A stretch of DNA of 32,000 nt from Candidatus Saccharimonadota bacterium (GTDB lineage: Bacteria > Patescibacteriota > Gracilibacteria > UBA4473): positions 1,170,001 to 1,202,000 of the forward strand of contig OZ245819.1 in the NCBI GenBank assembly GCA_965228485.1. The letters are read 5' to 3'. The position numbers were made by a program, and so were the translations under genes. Positions 1-7,280 of the stretch are shown piece after piece. Positions within the stretch are counted from its first letter, which is position 1. Each line of letters begins with the position of its first letter. The notes beneath the pieces were generated by a model, which did not search any database, was not told the DNA's origin, and worked only from the letters and a program-made list of their open reading frames with translations.

Positions 1-1607
1 CTCCAAAATGGGTTTATAGTAGTGGTATTCGTGTTGATCTTTATACAAATGATATTCCGTATGTGCGGATGCAGCAGAACCTTATCTGGTTTCAGAAAAT
101 TAAGCATCCACTTAAATCTTTTCTTTTGGGAGAGAGACCAGCATTTGTGCCGAAGCCAGTAGATTTTGAACCGTATAATAAACAGTTGAATCCTTCTCAG
201 AGAGATTCGATTTCTTCAGCGTTGGGAACTCGGGACATGTTTTTGATTCATGGCCCTCCGGGAACGGGGAAAACGACTACTTTGGCCGAGCTCGTATTTC
301 AGGCCGTTAATAGAAGTAAGCGCGTTCTTGCAACGGCGGAATCCAATACTGCGGCAGATAATTTATTGGTGAAACTTTCTCGGTATCCAGACTTAAAAAT
401 TGTTCGGGTAGGACATCCCGCTCGGATTGTTCCAGGATTTGAAGAGTATTCATTGTTTGCTCATTTTAATCAGCATCCACTCGCTCAAAAAATTATAGAA
501 AAGAAAAATGAGGTATTGGGATTACGTACTCGACAAAAGAAATTTCAGCGACCTATTCCTGCTTTGAGAAGAGGAATGTCTGATGAAGAAATTGCCCGAA
601 GTGCTCGAAGTGGAAAAGGACGAAAAGGGGTGCGTGTTAAGACTATGTGTTTGATGTATGGATGGTTGAAGATTGAAAATCAGGTAAGCCAAAAGATGTC
701 GGCGTTGAAAGAGTTAGAAGCTCAAATTTTCTCTGATATTTTAAAATCGGCTGATGTGGTCATATCCACAAATTCAATGGCAGGGAGCGAGGTAATGACG
801 GATCAATATTTTGATTTGGCAGTGATTGATGAGGGGAGTCAACAAGTAGAACCTTCTACGTTGATTCCGATTTTGAAAGCTCGACGATTTATATTGGCAG
901 GAGATGATTGTCAGCTACCACCAACCGTTATTAATCCAAAAGCTCAAGATTTGAAATATACGCTTTTTGCGCGTTTGAAGTCGGCTTATCCTCAGAATTC
1001 AGCTATGTTGACGGTTCAGTATAGAATGAATGATTCAATTCTTTCTTTCCCGAAACATAAATTTTATTCCAGTCAGCTGCGATCAGCTAAGACCGTGCAG
1101 TCTCATACAATTGCTGATCTTTTGGCTGATCCGCAAAAGGCGGTTTCAGAACTTCTTAATCCAGAGCGGCCAGTAGTATTTGATGATACTTCATTGGTGG
1201 GAGAAGAAGCGTTTGAGCATCGAAATCATCGGCAATTTTCTTATGAAAATAATTTTGAAGTCACTGAAGCACTTCAGTTGGTGGAGGAGTGTTTGAGTTC
1301 AGGTTTGCAGCCCGAGCATATTGGGATTATTTCTCCTTATGCAGCTCAGGTGAGATTGATGAAAAAAACCCTTGGTGATTTATCAGTTGAGGTGGATTCA
1401 ATTGATGGATTTCAGGGACGAGAGAAGGAAGTAATCATCCTATCTCTTGTTCGGGCTAATCTGGAGGGAAATATTGGATTCTTGGAGGATGTAAGACGTT
1501 TGAATGTGGCGATTACAAGAGCGAAAAGAAAACTCATCATTATTGGACATGGAGCAACGGTGAAGCATCACCCTGTTTATAAGGAATGGTTGGAGACTAT
1601 TCGGTAA
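1..1607 (+). CDS. Superfamily 1B Upf1/IGHMBP2/DNA2-like helicase, 5'-partial (frame open to the window edge)
   Basis: The track ORF 63..1607 starts at an internal GTG. The same frame (codon phase from nt 3) has no stop back to nt 1. Motifs seen: Walker A GPPGTGKT, motif II VIDEGSQ, motif III LAGDDCQLPPTV, VQYRMN, DGFQGREKEVIILSLVRAN, motif VI NVAITRAKRKLIIIG. Confidence 0.85.
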   Translation, partial: PKWVYSSGIRVDLYTNDIPYVRMQQNLIWFQKIKHPLKSFLLGERPAFVPKPVDFEPYNKQLNPSQRDSISSALGTRDMFLIHGPPGTGKTTTLAELVFQAVNRSKRVLATAESNTAADNLLVKLSRYPDLKIVRVGHPARIVPGFEEYSLFAHFNQHPLAQKIIEKKNEVLGLRTRQKKFQRPIPALRRGMSDEEIARSARSGKGRKGVRVKTMCLMYGWLKIENQVSQKMSALKELEAQIFSDILKSADVVISTNSMAGSEVMTDQYFDLAVIDEGSQQVEPSTLIPILKARRFILAGDDCQLPPTVINPKAQDLKYTLFARLKSAYPQNSAMLTVQYRMNDSILSFPKHKFYSSQLRSAKTVQSHTIADLLADPQKAVSELLNPERPVVFDDTSLVGEEAFEHRNHRQFSYENNFEVTEALQLVEECLSSGLQPEHIGIISPYAAQVRLMKKTLGDLSVEVDSIDGFQGREKEVIILSLVRANLEGNIGFLEDVRRLNVAITRAKRKLIIIGHGATVKHHPVYKEWLETIR

Positions 1608-1639
1608 CTAAATTCTTTATAGGATTCTTTTTTCTAATA

Positions 1640-1680
1640 AAAAAACAGGCTTGTCGATGTCTTAGACAAGCCTATTTTTA
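1640..1680. terminator. Bidirectional rho-independent terminator between convergent helicase and fda
   Basis: Perfect 9-bp stem AGGCTTGTC (1647-1655) / GACAAGCCT (1665-1673), with an A-tract upstream and ATTTTTA downstream. Confidence 0.7.
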
Positions 1681-1701
1681 ATAATTATATTTTGGAGAAA
1701 A

Positions 1702-2595
1702 CTACGTGATAGAGGCTTGGTAAATTTCTTCGATTGAGTTTGAGATTGTTACCGTGAATTCTTCTTCGCTTTGCTTGGCGGAGAGTCCTTCTGTTAGGGC
1801 TCGCGAGAAACTGGCGATCATTCCTTTGTTTTCGGTAAGTCGTCGATTCGCTTCTTCTCGAGAATATCCTCCAGAAAGAGCGACTACTCGTACTACATTC
1901 GGATGATTGATAGCATCTGCGTAGAAATTAGCTTCTTCTGGAAGTGTTAGTTTTAGCATTACGTATTGACCACTTTTTAGCTGGTTTAGGTGGTTCATGA
2001 GCTCATTCCGAAGAATGCTTTCGGCTTCAGCTTTTTCAGGAGAGTTGATGTCTACTTCTGGTTCGATGATTGGAACCAGGCCATGATCAATAATTTGTTT
2101 TCCAATCGTGAATTGTTGATCTACAACCGCTTGAATTCCTTCTTGGTTTGCCATTTTGATCACTGATCTCATTTTTGTTCCAAATACATCGTATGTTTTG
2201 GCTTTTTCTAGTAATTCGTTTAGACCTGGAATTGGTTTCATGATTTGAACGCCTTGATTTTCTTCGGCGAGTCCTTTGTCTACTTTTAGGAAAGGGGCTA
2301 CGTTTTTTTCTTCCCAAAGGTATCGAGAAGAAGCTTTTCCTTCAACAGTTCGATCAAGAGTGTTTTCAAAAAGAATAGCTCCAAGAATTTTTTCTCCCGT
2401 GAATCCAGGATTAGTCATAATTCGTGTTCTCATGGCATGAACGGTATCGAACATTTCTTCTTCTCCGTTGTATTGATCTTCGTCAATACCATACATCTTA
2501 AGCGCTTTTGGAGTACTCCCTCCACTTTGATCAAGCGCAGCAATAAAGCCCTTGGCGTTTTGGACTTTTTTTAGTTGTTCGTCAGAAGTAGACAT
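1702..2595 (-). CDS. fda: Fructose-bisphosphate aldolase, class I (Fda type, about 296 aa)
   Basis: 297 aa. The N-terminus [42 protein letters not shown] and [14 protein letters not shown] follow the staphylococcal-type class I aldolase family along the full length. Confidence 0.9.
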   Translation of the reverse strand: MSTSDEQLKKVQNAKGFIAALDQSGGSTPKALKMYGIDEDQYNGEEEMFDTVHAMRTRIMTNPGFTGEKILGAILFENTLDRTVEGKASSRYLWEEKNVAPFLKVDKGLAEENQGVQIMKPIPGLNELLEKAKTYDVFGTKMRSVIKMANQEGIQAVVDQQFTIGKQIIDHGLVPIIEPEVDINSPEKAEAESILRNELMNHLNQLKSGQYVMLKLTLPEEANFYADAINHPNVVRVVALSGGYSREEANRRLTENKGMIASFSRALTEGLSAKQSEEEFTVTISNSIEEIYQASIT

Positions 2596-2676
2596 GATTG
2601 TGTGTGGGTTAATTTCTTACTTATTTTGACCAAAATAATGTTTGGAGCAAGTAAAATCTTCACACAGAGCTTGAGT

Positions 2677-3015
2677 TTACTGGAAAATTTTGAGTATTGA
2701 ATAAAAGGTTTTTTCCAGAAGGCTGAGTTCTTTCGAAGGTTCGTTGGTAGTTTCTATCGGAGTTGGGGTTTTCTTGGTCATGACAGGGTCAACTTTTTCC
2801 CAGAAATCATTTTGAGCCTTTATGATAGCAGCTTTTTTTTCTTTTGGGGCTAGCTTTTTTGCCTCCTTGATGGCTTCCTTTCTCTCTTCGATTGAATTTT
2901 GTATTGTTTCTACTTTGGCTTGTTTTTCTAGGGTGTTGGCTTTTGGCGCCATTTGTCTCGCCTGGGCAAAGTTTGAAATTATGAGGAGTGTCAGGATTAA
3001 AACCGATTTATACAT
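2677..3015 (-). CDS. Small secreted Lys/Glu-rich hypothetical protein
   Basis: 112 aa with an N-terminal signal-like segment MYKSVLILTLLIISNFAQA followed by charged low-complexity sequence. It lies directly upstream of fda on the same strand. No family recognised. Confidence 0.5.
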   Translation of the reverse strand: MYKSVLILTLLIISNFAQARQMAPKANTLEKQAKVETIQNSIEERKEAIKEAKKLAPKEKKAAIIKAQNDFWEKVDPVMTKKTPTPIETTNEPSKELSLLEKTFYSILKIFQ

Positions 3016-3109
3016 ATTGAAAATGATTTTTATTCTTAGGCAATAATACCAATTGTGATCGTTTAGCCAAACGATTTAGGGACAACGAGTGTGACATGGA
3101 AAAAATTTC

Positions 3110-3137
3110 TTGATTTTTCTGTAATCGGTTTTACAAT
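3110..3137 (+). promoter_or_regulatory. Candidate sigma70-type promoter upstream of tRNA-Gln
   Basis: TTGATT (3110-3115), a 16-nt spacer, then TACAAT (3132-3137). It sits about 130 nt upstream of the tRNA. Confidence 0.35.
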
Positions 3138-3267
3138 CTGTCGGCTCTTGGAGATTTGTTTCACCGAGCAAAGGCGGAGAGCGAAGCGCGCCTTTGTGAG
3201 GAGAGGAAGCAATAACGATACAAACGAAGTTTTTTTTAAAAACGGAGTGGTAAGTTATTGATGACGA

Positions 3268-3342
3268 TGGGGTGTAGCCAAGCGGTAAGGCAGCTGGTTT
3301 TGGTCCAGTGTACCGGGGGTTCGAATCCCTCCACCCCAGCCA
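3268..3342 (+). tRNA. tRNA-Gln (anticodon UUG), CCA encoded
   Basis: Manual cloverleaf. Acceptor TGGGGTG/CACCCCA has the U1-A72 pair typical of bacterial tRNA-Gln. The D arm is GCC..GGC. Anticodon stem GCTGG/CCAGT carries loop TTTTGGT (TTG at 34-36). The T arm is GGGGG-TTCGAAT-CCCTC, with discriminator G plus CCA. Confidence 0.95.
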
Positions 3343-3354
3343 AAAATTGGTTTT

Positions 3355-3385
3355 AGGACTTTGGTCCTGGAACTAATTTTTATTT
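3355..3385 (+). terminator. Weak hairpin plus T-rich run after tRNA-Gln
   Basis: AGGAC (3355-3359) TTTG GTCCT (3364-3368), followed by ggaactaatttttattt. The stem is short and the T-tract is displaced. Confidence 0.3.
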
Positions 3386-3543
3386 GAAGTCGGGATGAGA
3401 ACCCAGACCCAGGGTTCGATGACAAAGGAACAGAGAGGAAAGCGTCGTAGGCATTTTCCGAATCGTGACCGCAGACACACGGAGTAATCTCTCCCTCCCA
3501 CGCTTTAAAGCTAGTCTTTGATTAACTCTTTTTATGAATTTCC

Positions 3544-3589
3544 TTGATTTATATTTGTTTTTAATGAATAATGAGTGAGTACTCACTTT
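3544..3589 (+). promoter_or_regulatory. Promoter-like elements overlapping a palindromic operator upstream of the hydrolase-TetR operon
   Basis: TTGATT (3544-3549), 17 nt, AATAAT (3567-3572). A perfect 14-bp palindrome AGTGAGT|ACTCACT (3574-3587) lies within ATGAGTGAGTACTCACTTT (3571-3589), 14 nt before the ATG at 3604. Confidence 0.55.
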
Positions 3590-3603
3590 TTAAAATTTAA
3601 ACC

Positions 3604-4581
3604 ATGGCACATAAAAACATCATGAACAAAAAACTAAAACCAGGTAAAAATACGATCTACTTTGATAGCGACGGCTGCCAACTAGAAGGACACCTATTTA
3701 TCCCTAAGGATTATAAAAAGGGAGAAAAACGAGCGGCGATAGTGGTGACTCGCCCCGCCTCAGGCGTGAAAGAGCAAACGGCTGGACTCTATGCCGAAAA
3801 ATTTTCAGAACAAGGCTATATGGCTCTTGCTTTTGATGTAAAGGGGTTTGGTGGGAGTGAAGGCGTGCCACAAATGGAAGATCCTTTTTCTATTATTTCC
3901 GATAATAAAAACGCTTTTGCGTATCTAGCATCGTTGTCAGAGGTTGATGCGGATAAAATCATCAGTGCGGGTATCTGTATGGGAGCCGGTCATGCCATGG
4001 CGGCAGGTTCAGATAATGAGAAAGTTAAAGCGGTTCTGGCTATTAGTCCATACCTAACCTCACACATTGATTATCCTAAAGCCTTTGGTGGCAAACTCTT
4101 AACTCAGATTATGATGGGAATTTCTAATCCATTTATAAACCTATTTCACAAGTTTGGTATTTATTTTTATATTCCTATTGTACCGCTTAAAAAATGGATG
4201 ACTTACATCCCGGCGACGCCAACGCAAGCTGATATGCCTCAGTACTACGGTTACGGTGATAAACCCGGAGCGAGCCCCAGTTGGAAAAATAAAGGTAATT
4301 TTTATCGGGCCAGTAACATCATGACTGGGAAGTACAATCCCTTTAATTTTATCAAAAAATACAAAAACAAACCCTTTTTTATGGCCTATGCCGATGGGGG
4401 ATATTCGACGGAAAAGATTCAAGAGTTTTACGACGCTATCCCAGCAGACAAAAAAGACCTGCTAATTTGCAAAAATGCAACGCACTTTGATTTGTACTAT
4501 AAGCCTGAGTTTGTTGATGACATCGTGGAGCGAGCGAGTCAATTTTTATCCAAAAATAGTTTAAGTGCTAAAACTCCATGA
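3604..4581 (+). CDS. Alpha/beta-fold hydrolase, dienelactone-hydrolase-like (Cys at the nucleophile elbow)
   Basis: 325 aa. The order of alpha/beta hydrolase elements is typical (AAIVVTRPASG...ALAFDVKGFGGSEG). The nucleophile-elbow position reads G-I-C-M-G-A-G instead of G-x-S-x-G. The stop overlaps the next gene's start (ATGA). Confidence 0.7.
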   Translation: MAHKNIMNKKLKPGKNTIYFDSDGCQLEGHLFIPKDYKKGEKRAAIVVTRPASGVKEQTAGLYAEKFSEQGYMALAFDVKGFGGSEGVPQMEDPFSIISDNKNAFAYLASLSEVDADKIISAGICMGAGHAMAAGSDNEKVKAVLAISPYLTSHIDYPKAFGGKLLTQIMMGISNPFINLFHKFGIYFYIPIVPLKKWMTYIPATPTQADMPQYYGYGDKPGASPSWKNKGNFYRASNIMTGKYNPFNFIKKYKNKPFFMAYADGGYSTEKIQEFYDAIPADKKDLLICKNATHFDLYYKPEFVDDIVERASQFLSKNSLSAKTP

Positions 4582-5126
4582 AAACCCGTGATAAAATAAT
4601 CCAAGCGGCTTTAAAACTCTTTGTTGCTCAAGGTATCCATAAAACCTCCACGAGCCAAATCTGTAAAGAAGTGGGAATAGCTTCTGGAAGTCTGTTTGTG
4701 CATTTTAAAACCAAACAAGAATTGATTGACACTATTTATCTTGAAAAAAAGAAGCAAGCCTTCGCGTCCATGCATGAAAACCTCGACTACTCTGAGCCAG
4801 CTAAAACAGTAGTGTTTAAATCGTCAGAGTTTATGGTTGGTTATTATTTGAAACATTTTGAAGAGTTTCAGTTTTTTCAGATGTTAGAAAAAGGGCCGGT
4901 AATTTCTGCTCAGGCGCGAAAACTCTATAAAAAAGAGGCGGCACAGTCAGTTGAGCTTATTAAAGCGTGGCAGAAAGAAGGGGCTTTGAAGTCTTTGGAT
5001 ACACAACTACTTATGGATATTTGGTGGGGCATTTTAAGTGCTTTTATTCGAAACCTACATGAACAAAAGCAAAAACAAGTTAAGCGTTCTGATTTAAAAG
5101 TCATTTGGGAAGCGCTTGGTCAGTGA
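4578..5126 (+). CDS. TetR/AcrR family transcriptional regulator
   Basis: 182 aa. The N-terminal HTH is RDKIIQAALKLFVAQGIHKTSTSQICKEVGIASGSLFVHFKTKQELI. A 4-nt overlap with the upstream hydrolase gene indicates an operon. Confidence 0.9.
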   Translation: MKTRDKIIQAALKLFVAQGIHKTSTSQICKEVGIASGSLFVHFKTKQELIDTIYLEKKKQAFASMHENLDYSEPAKTVVFKSSEFMVGYYLKHFEEFQFFQMLEKGPVISAQARKLYKKEAAQSVELIKAWQKEGALKSLDTQLLMDIWWGILSAFIRNLHEQKQKQVKRSDLKVIWEALGQ

Positions 5127-5127
5127 A

Positions 5128-5212
5128 GTAGGTTTTAGTACAGTCAGTTGATCGCAGAAACGATTAAAAGCTAGTTCTAGCTTGGCTTTTTTGATGTGGG
5201 TAGGTAGACGCC
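5128..5212 (+). repeat. Left copy of an about 85-bp imperfect direct repeat; contains a terminator hairpin
   Basis: The core GCAGAAACGATTAAAAGCTAGTTCTAGCTTGGCTTTTTTGATGTGGGTAGGTAG aligns at roughly 80% with 5815-5870. The hairpin is AAGCTAG (5168-5174) TT CTAGCTT (5177-5183), followed by GGC and T6. Confidence 0.6.
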
Positions 5213-5238
5213 TCACTTTTGTTCTGTACAATAAGTCT

Positions 5239-5790
5239 ATGAAAGATAGAGCAAAAGGATATGTATTTATGGCTATGAGCCTGGATGGTTTTGTGGCCAG
5301 GAAAGACAATGATCTTAGCTGGTTGATGAAGTATGATACCAAAGGAGAAGATCAAGGGTATGATGGTTTTGTAGAAAAAATAGAGGTAATGATTATGGGG
5401 AGCGGTACATTTAAAAAAGTTTTAGGCTTTGAAGCGTGGCCTTATAAAAAACCGGTCATGGTAATGAGCCACTCTATGACAAACGATGATATACCAGAAA
5501 ATTTGCGTCCCACTGTTCAGGTAACCTCTGCTGCCCCCAACGTACTTATGGAAGAGCTTTTTGCTAAGGGTTTAAAGCGGGTTTATGTTGATGGTGGTTT
5601 GGTGGTGCAGTCTTTTCTAAGGGCCGGATTAGTAGAAGAAATAACTCTAACTATTATTCCCCTATTGATCGGAGACGGGAAACGTCTGTTTGGTGAAATC
5701 AATGAAGATATTGATTTAGAATTATTAGACTCAAAAAAACTTAACTGTGGATTTGTGCAGAATCATTATAAAGTTTTAAAACAGGCCTAG
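5239..5790 (+). CDS. RibD C-terminal domain / dihydrofolate-reductase-like reductase
   Basis: YVFMAMSLDGFVARKDNDLSWL, IMGSGTFKKV and VYVDGGLVVQSFLRAGLVEEITLTIIPLLIGDGKRLF fit the RibD_C/DHFR-like fold. The track start at 5182 is a TTG inside the upstream terminator. The ATG at 5239 (MKDRAKGY...) gives a typical 183 aa. Confidence 0.8.
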   Translation: MKDRAKGYVFMAMSLDGFVARKDNDLSWLMKYDTKGEDQGYDGFVEKIEVMIMGSGTFKKVLGFEAWPYKKPVMVMSHSMTNDDIPENLRPTVQVTSAAPNVLMEELFAKGLKRVYVDGGLVVQSFLRAGLVEEITLTIIPLLIGDGKRLFGEINEDIDLELLDSKKLNCGFVQNHYKVLKQA

Positions 5791-5877
5791 TTTTTCTAAT
5801 ACGGGTCAATCGTTTGCAGCCACGATTGGAAGCTAATCTAGGATTGGCTTTTTTGATGTATAGGTGGTTGGGCAGAG
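5787..5877 (+). repeat. Right copy of the about 85-bp direct repeat; contains a terminator hairpin
   Basis: The core is GCAGCCACGATTGGAAGCTAATCTAGGATTGGCTTTTTTGATGTATAGGTGGTTG. The hairpin is AGCTAATC (5831-5838) TAG GATTGGCT (5842-5849), followed by a T-run. Confidence 0.6.
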
Positions 5878-5902
5878 AACTTTTTTCAGTTTTTCTAAAG
5901 TT

Positions 5903-6922
5903 CTAAGTCAAACGTTTAAACAAATTTTTTGTGGCACTCAACTTAGCTATTTGATGGGTGATCAAAAGAATGGCTAGCCCAATGAGTAATGCCTTCCATC
6001 CACTCAAGTTATTACTGTCAAATAACAGTAGGCTCCAGCCAAATAAGAGCCATTGTATGAAGTAAATACTCGTTACATTTTTACTCCAAAAAAGAAGTTG
6101 TTTTTGGATCCATGTTCCTTTCATTTTTTGATTTAGCCAGTAGCAAAGAGGTACCCATAGTATGATGAAGCTCAAAAGAAAAAGGTTAAGTGCTGGGTGG
6201 TTGCGAGAATAGTCTCCAATCGGGAAAAAATTCATCAGTCCAAGGCTTATTACCGTGCCAATAACTCCTATTATTAGCATCTTTTTAAAATCTTTTAACT
6301 GCCTTATATTTAAGGCATAACGACTCAGATACATACCCAGTAGCGGGAAAATGAACCAGGCAAAGAAAGGGAATATTACATTTTCACCTTTTCCCCAAAG
6401 TGTCATTAGGCTCCAGTGATTATTAAAGCTGCCCCAGAGAAAAGGAGATGTAAATATAATCGTAAGAATAATTAAGGGGTAAAATTGAGGAGAAACATAT
6501 TTTTTGAGTAGGGCACCAGCTATAAGAGAAAGTCCTGCCAACTGTAAAATGTCTACCATTAGGAAAAGTTCTAAAGGAGTTTCGTTTTCTAGTAATGCTA
6601 CATTTTCTGGTCCAACAATTAAGATTGGCAGGGTAAGTCGTAAAAAATTTAATATATAGCCTAGTAAAAATATTTTTAGCCCTCTACTAATAGCTGTATT
6701 CAGATTTGCAGAAGACCTCATTATAAAGACCCCCATGATAAACATGAAAATGGGAGCCGCTGGGGCAGTTCCGAGTAATAAAAATATATTTCCTATTAAA
6801 TCGGCCCCTTCTCCTGCATCATATTCATGCATAAGTATGGCATGTTGTGTGAACATGAAAAATATGGCGATACCCCTAGCGATATCGAGATATTCAACTC
6901 TATTTTTCTTTTTGATAGACAT
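5903..6922 (-). CDS. Polytopic membrane protein, DUF1624 / HGSNAT-like acyltransferase family
   Basis: 339 aa with about 9-10 hydrophobic spans. The N-terminal motif RVEYLDIARGIAIFFMFTQHA is typical of this membrane acyltransferase-like family. Confidence 0.6.
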   Translation of the reverse strand: MSIKKKNRVEYLDIARGIAIFFMFTQHAILMHEYDAGEGADLIGNIFLLLGTAPAAPIFMFIMGVFIMRSSANLNTAISRGLKIFLLGYILNFLRLTLPILIVGPENVALLENETPLELFLMVDILQLAGLSLIAGALLKKYVSPQFYPLIILTIIFTSPFLWGSFNNHWSLMTLWGKGENVIFPFFAWFIFPLLGMYLSRYALNIRQLKDFKKMLIIGVIGTVISLGLMNFFPIGDYSRNHPALNLFLLSFIILWVPLCYWLNQKMKGTWIQKQLLFWSKNVTSIYFIQWLLFGWSLLLFDSNNLSGWKALLIGLAILLITHQIAKLSATKNLFKRLT

Positions 6923-6952
6923 ATTATTGATACTATATGTTTCAATTTTTTT

Positions 6953-7207
6953 CTATAAAGCTCCTTCTGCCTCTAATAATTTTCTTTTAGAAGGTCCTTG
7001 AAGACCATTGTAGGGTCCGATGCTTCCATCAGATCGAATAACTCGATGGCAGGGAACGTTTTTATCTTGGTTTTTAGCCATGATAGAACCAACCGCTCGT
7101 GCGGCTTTTGGTGATCCTGCCTTTTGCGCTACATCTTGGTAAGTCATAGTTTTTCCTCGCGGGATGTTTTTGACGACTTGGATAACTTCGTTTTGGAAAG
7201 AGGTCAT
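6953..7207 (-). CDS. Short single-domain methylated-DNA--protein-cysteine methyltransferase (MGMT/Ogt DNA-binding domain)
   Basis: 84 aa. It has IPRGKTMTYQDVAQKAG (HTH) and the active-site motif PCHRVI with the acceptor Cys retained. There is no N-terminal domain. Confidence 0.85.
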   Translation of the reverse strand: MTSFQNEVIQVVKNIPRGKTMTYQDVAQKAGSPKAARAVGSIMAKNQDKNVPCHRVIRSDGSIGPYNGLQGPSKRKLLEAEGAL

Positions 7208-7280
7208 ATGGTTATGATAGAACTTTTTACCTCAAATACCATTTCCATTTTAGCAAAAAACAATTATCTTTTTGGACGCG

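Noticed and set aside
3380-3586. A 68-aa basic minus-strand ORF downstream of tRNA-Gln.
   Set aside because: It begins inside the palindromic operator and promoter of the hydrolase operon and runs through GC-rich, probably structured sequence. It has no RBS or family resemblance. It is more likely non-coding.
5182-5238. The track start (TTG at 5182) for the RibD_C-like gene, with overlapping minus ORFs 5094..5342 and 5164..5355.
   Set aside because: The extension starts within the terminator T-run of the upstream gene and adds a non-conserved hydrophobic peptide. The ATG at 5239 gives the typical family length. The minus ORFs lie across the terminator and repeat and have no support.
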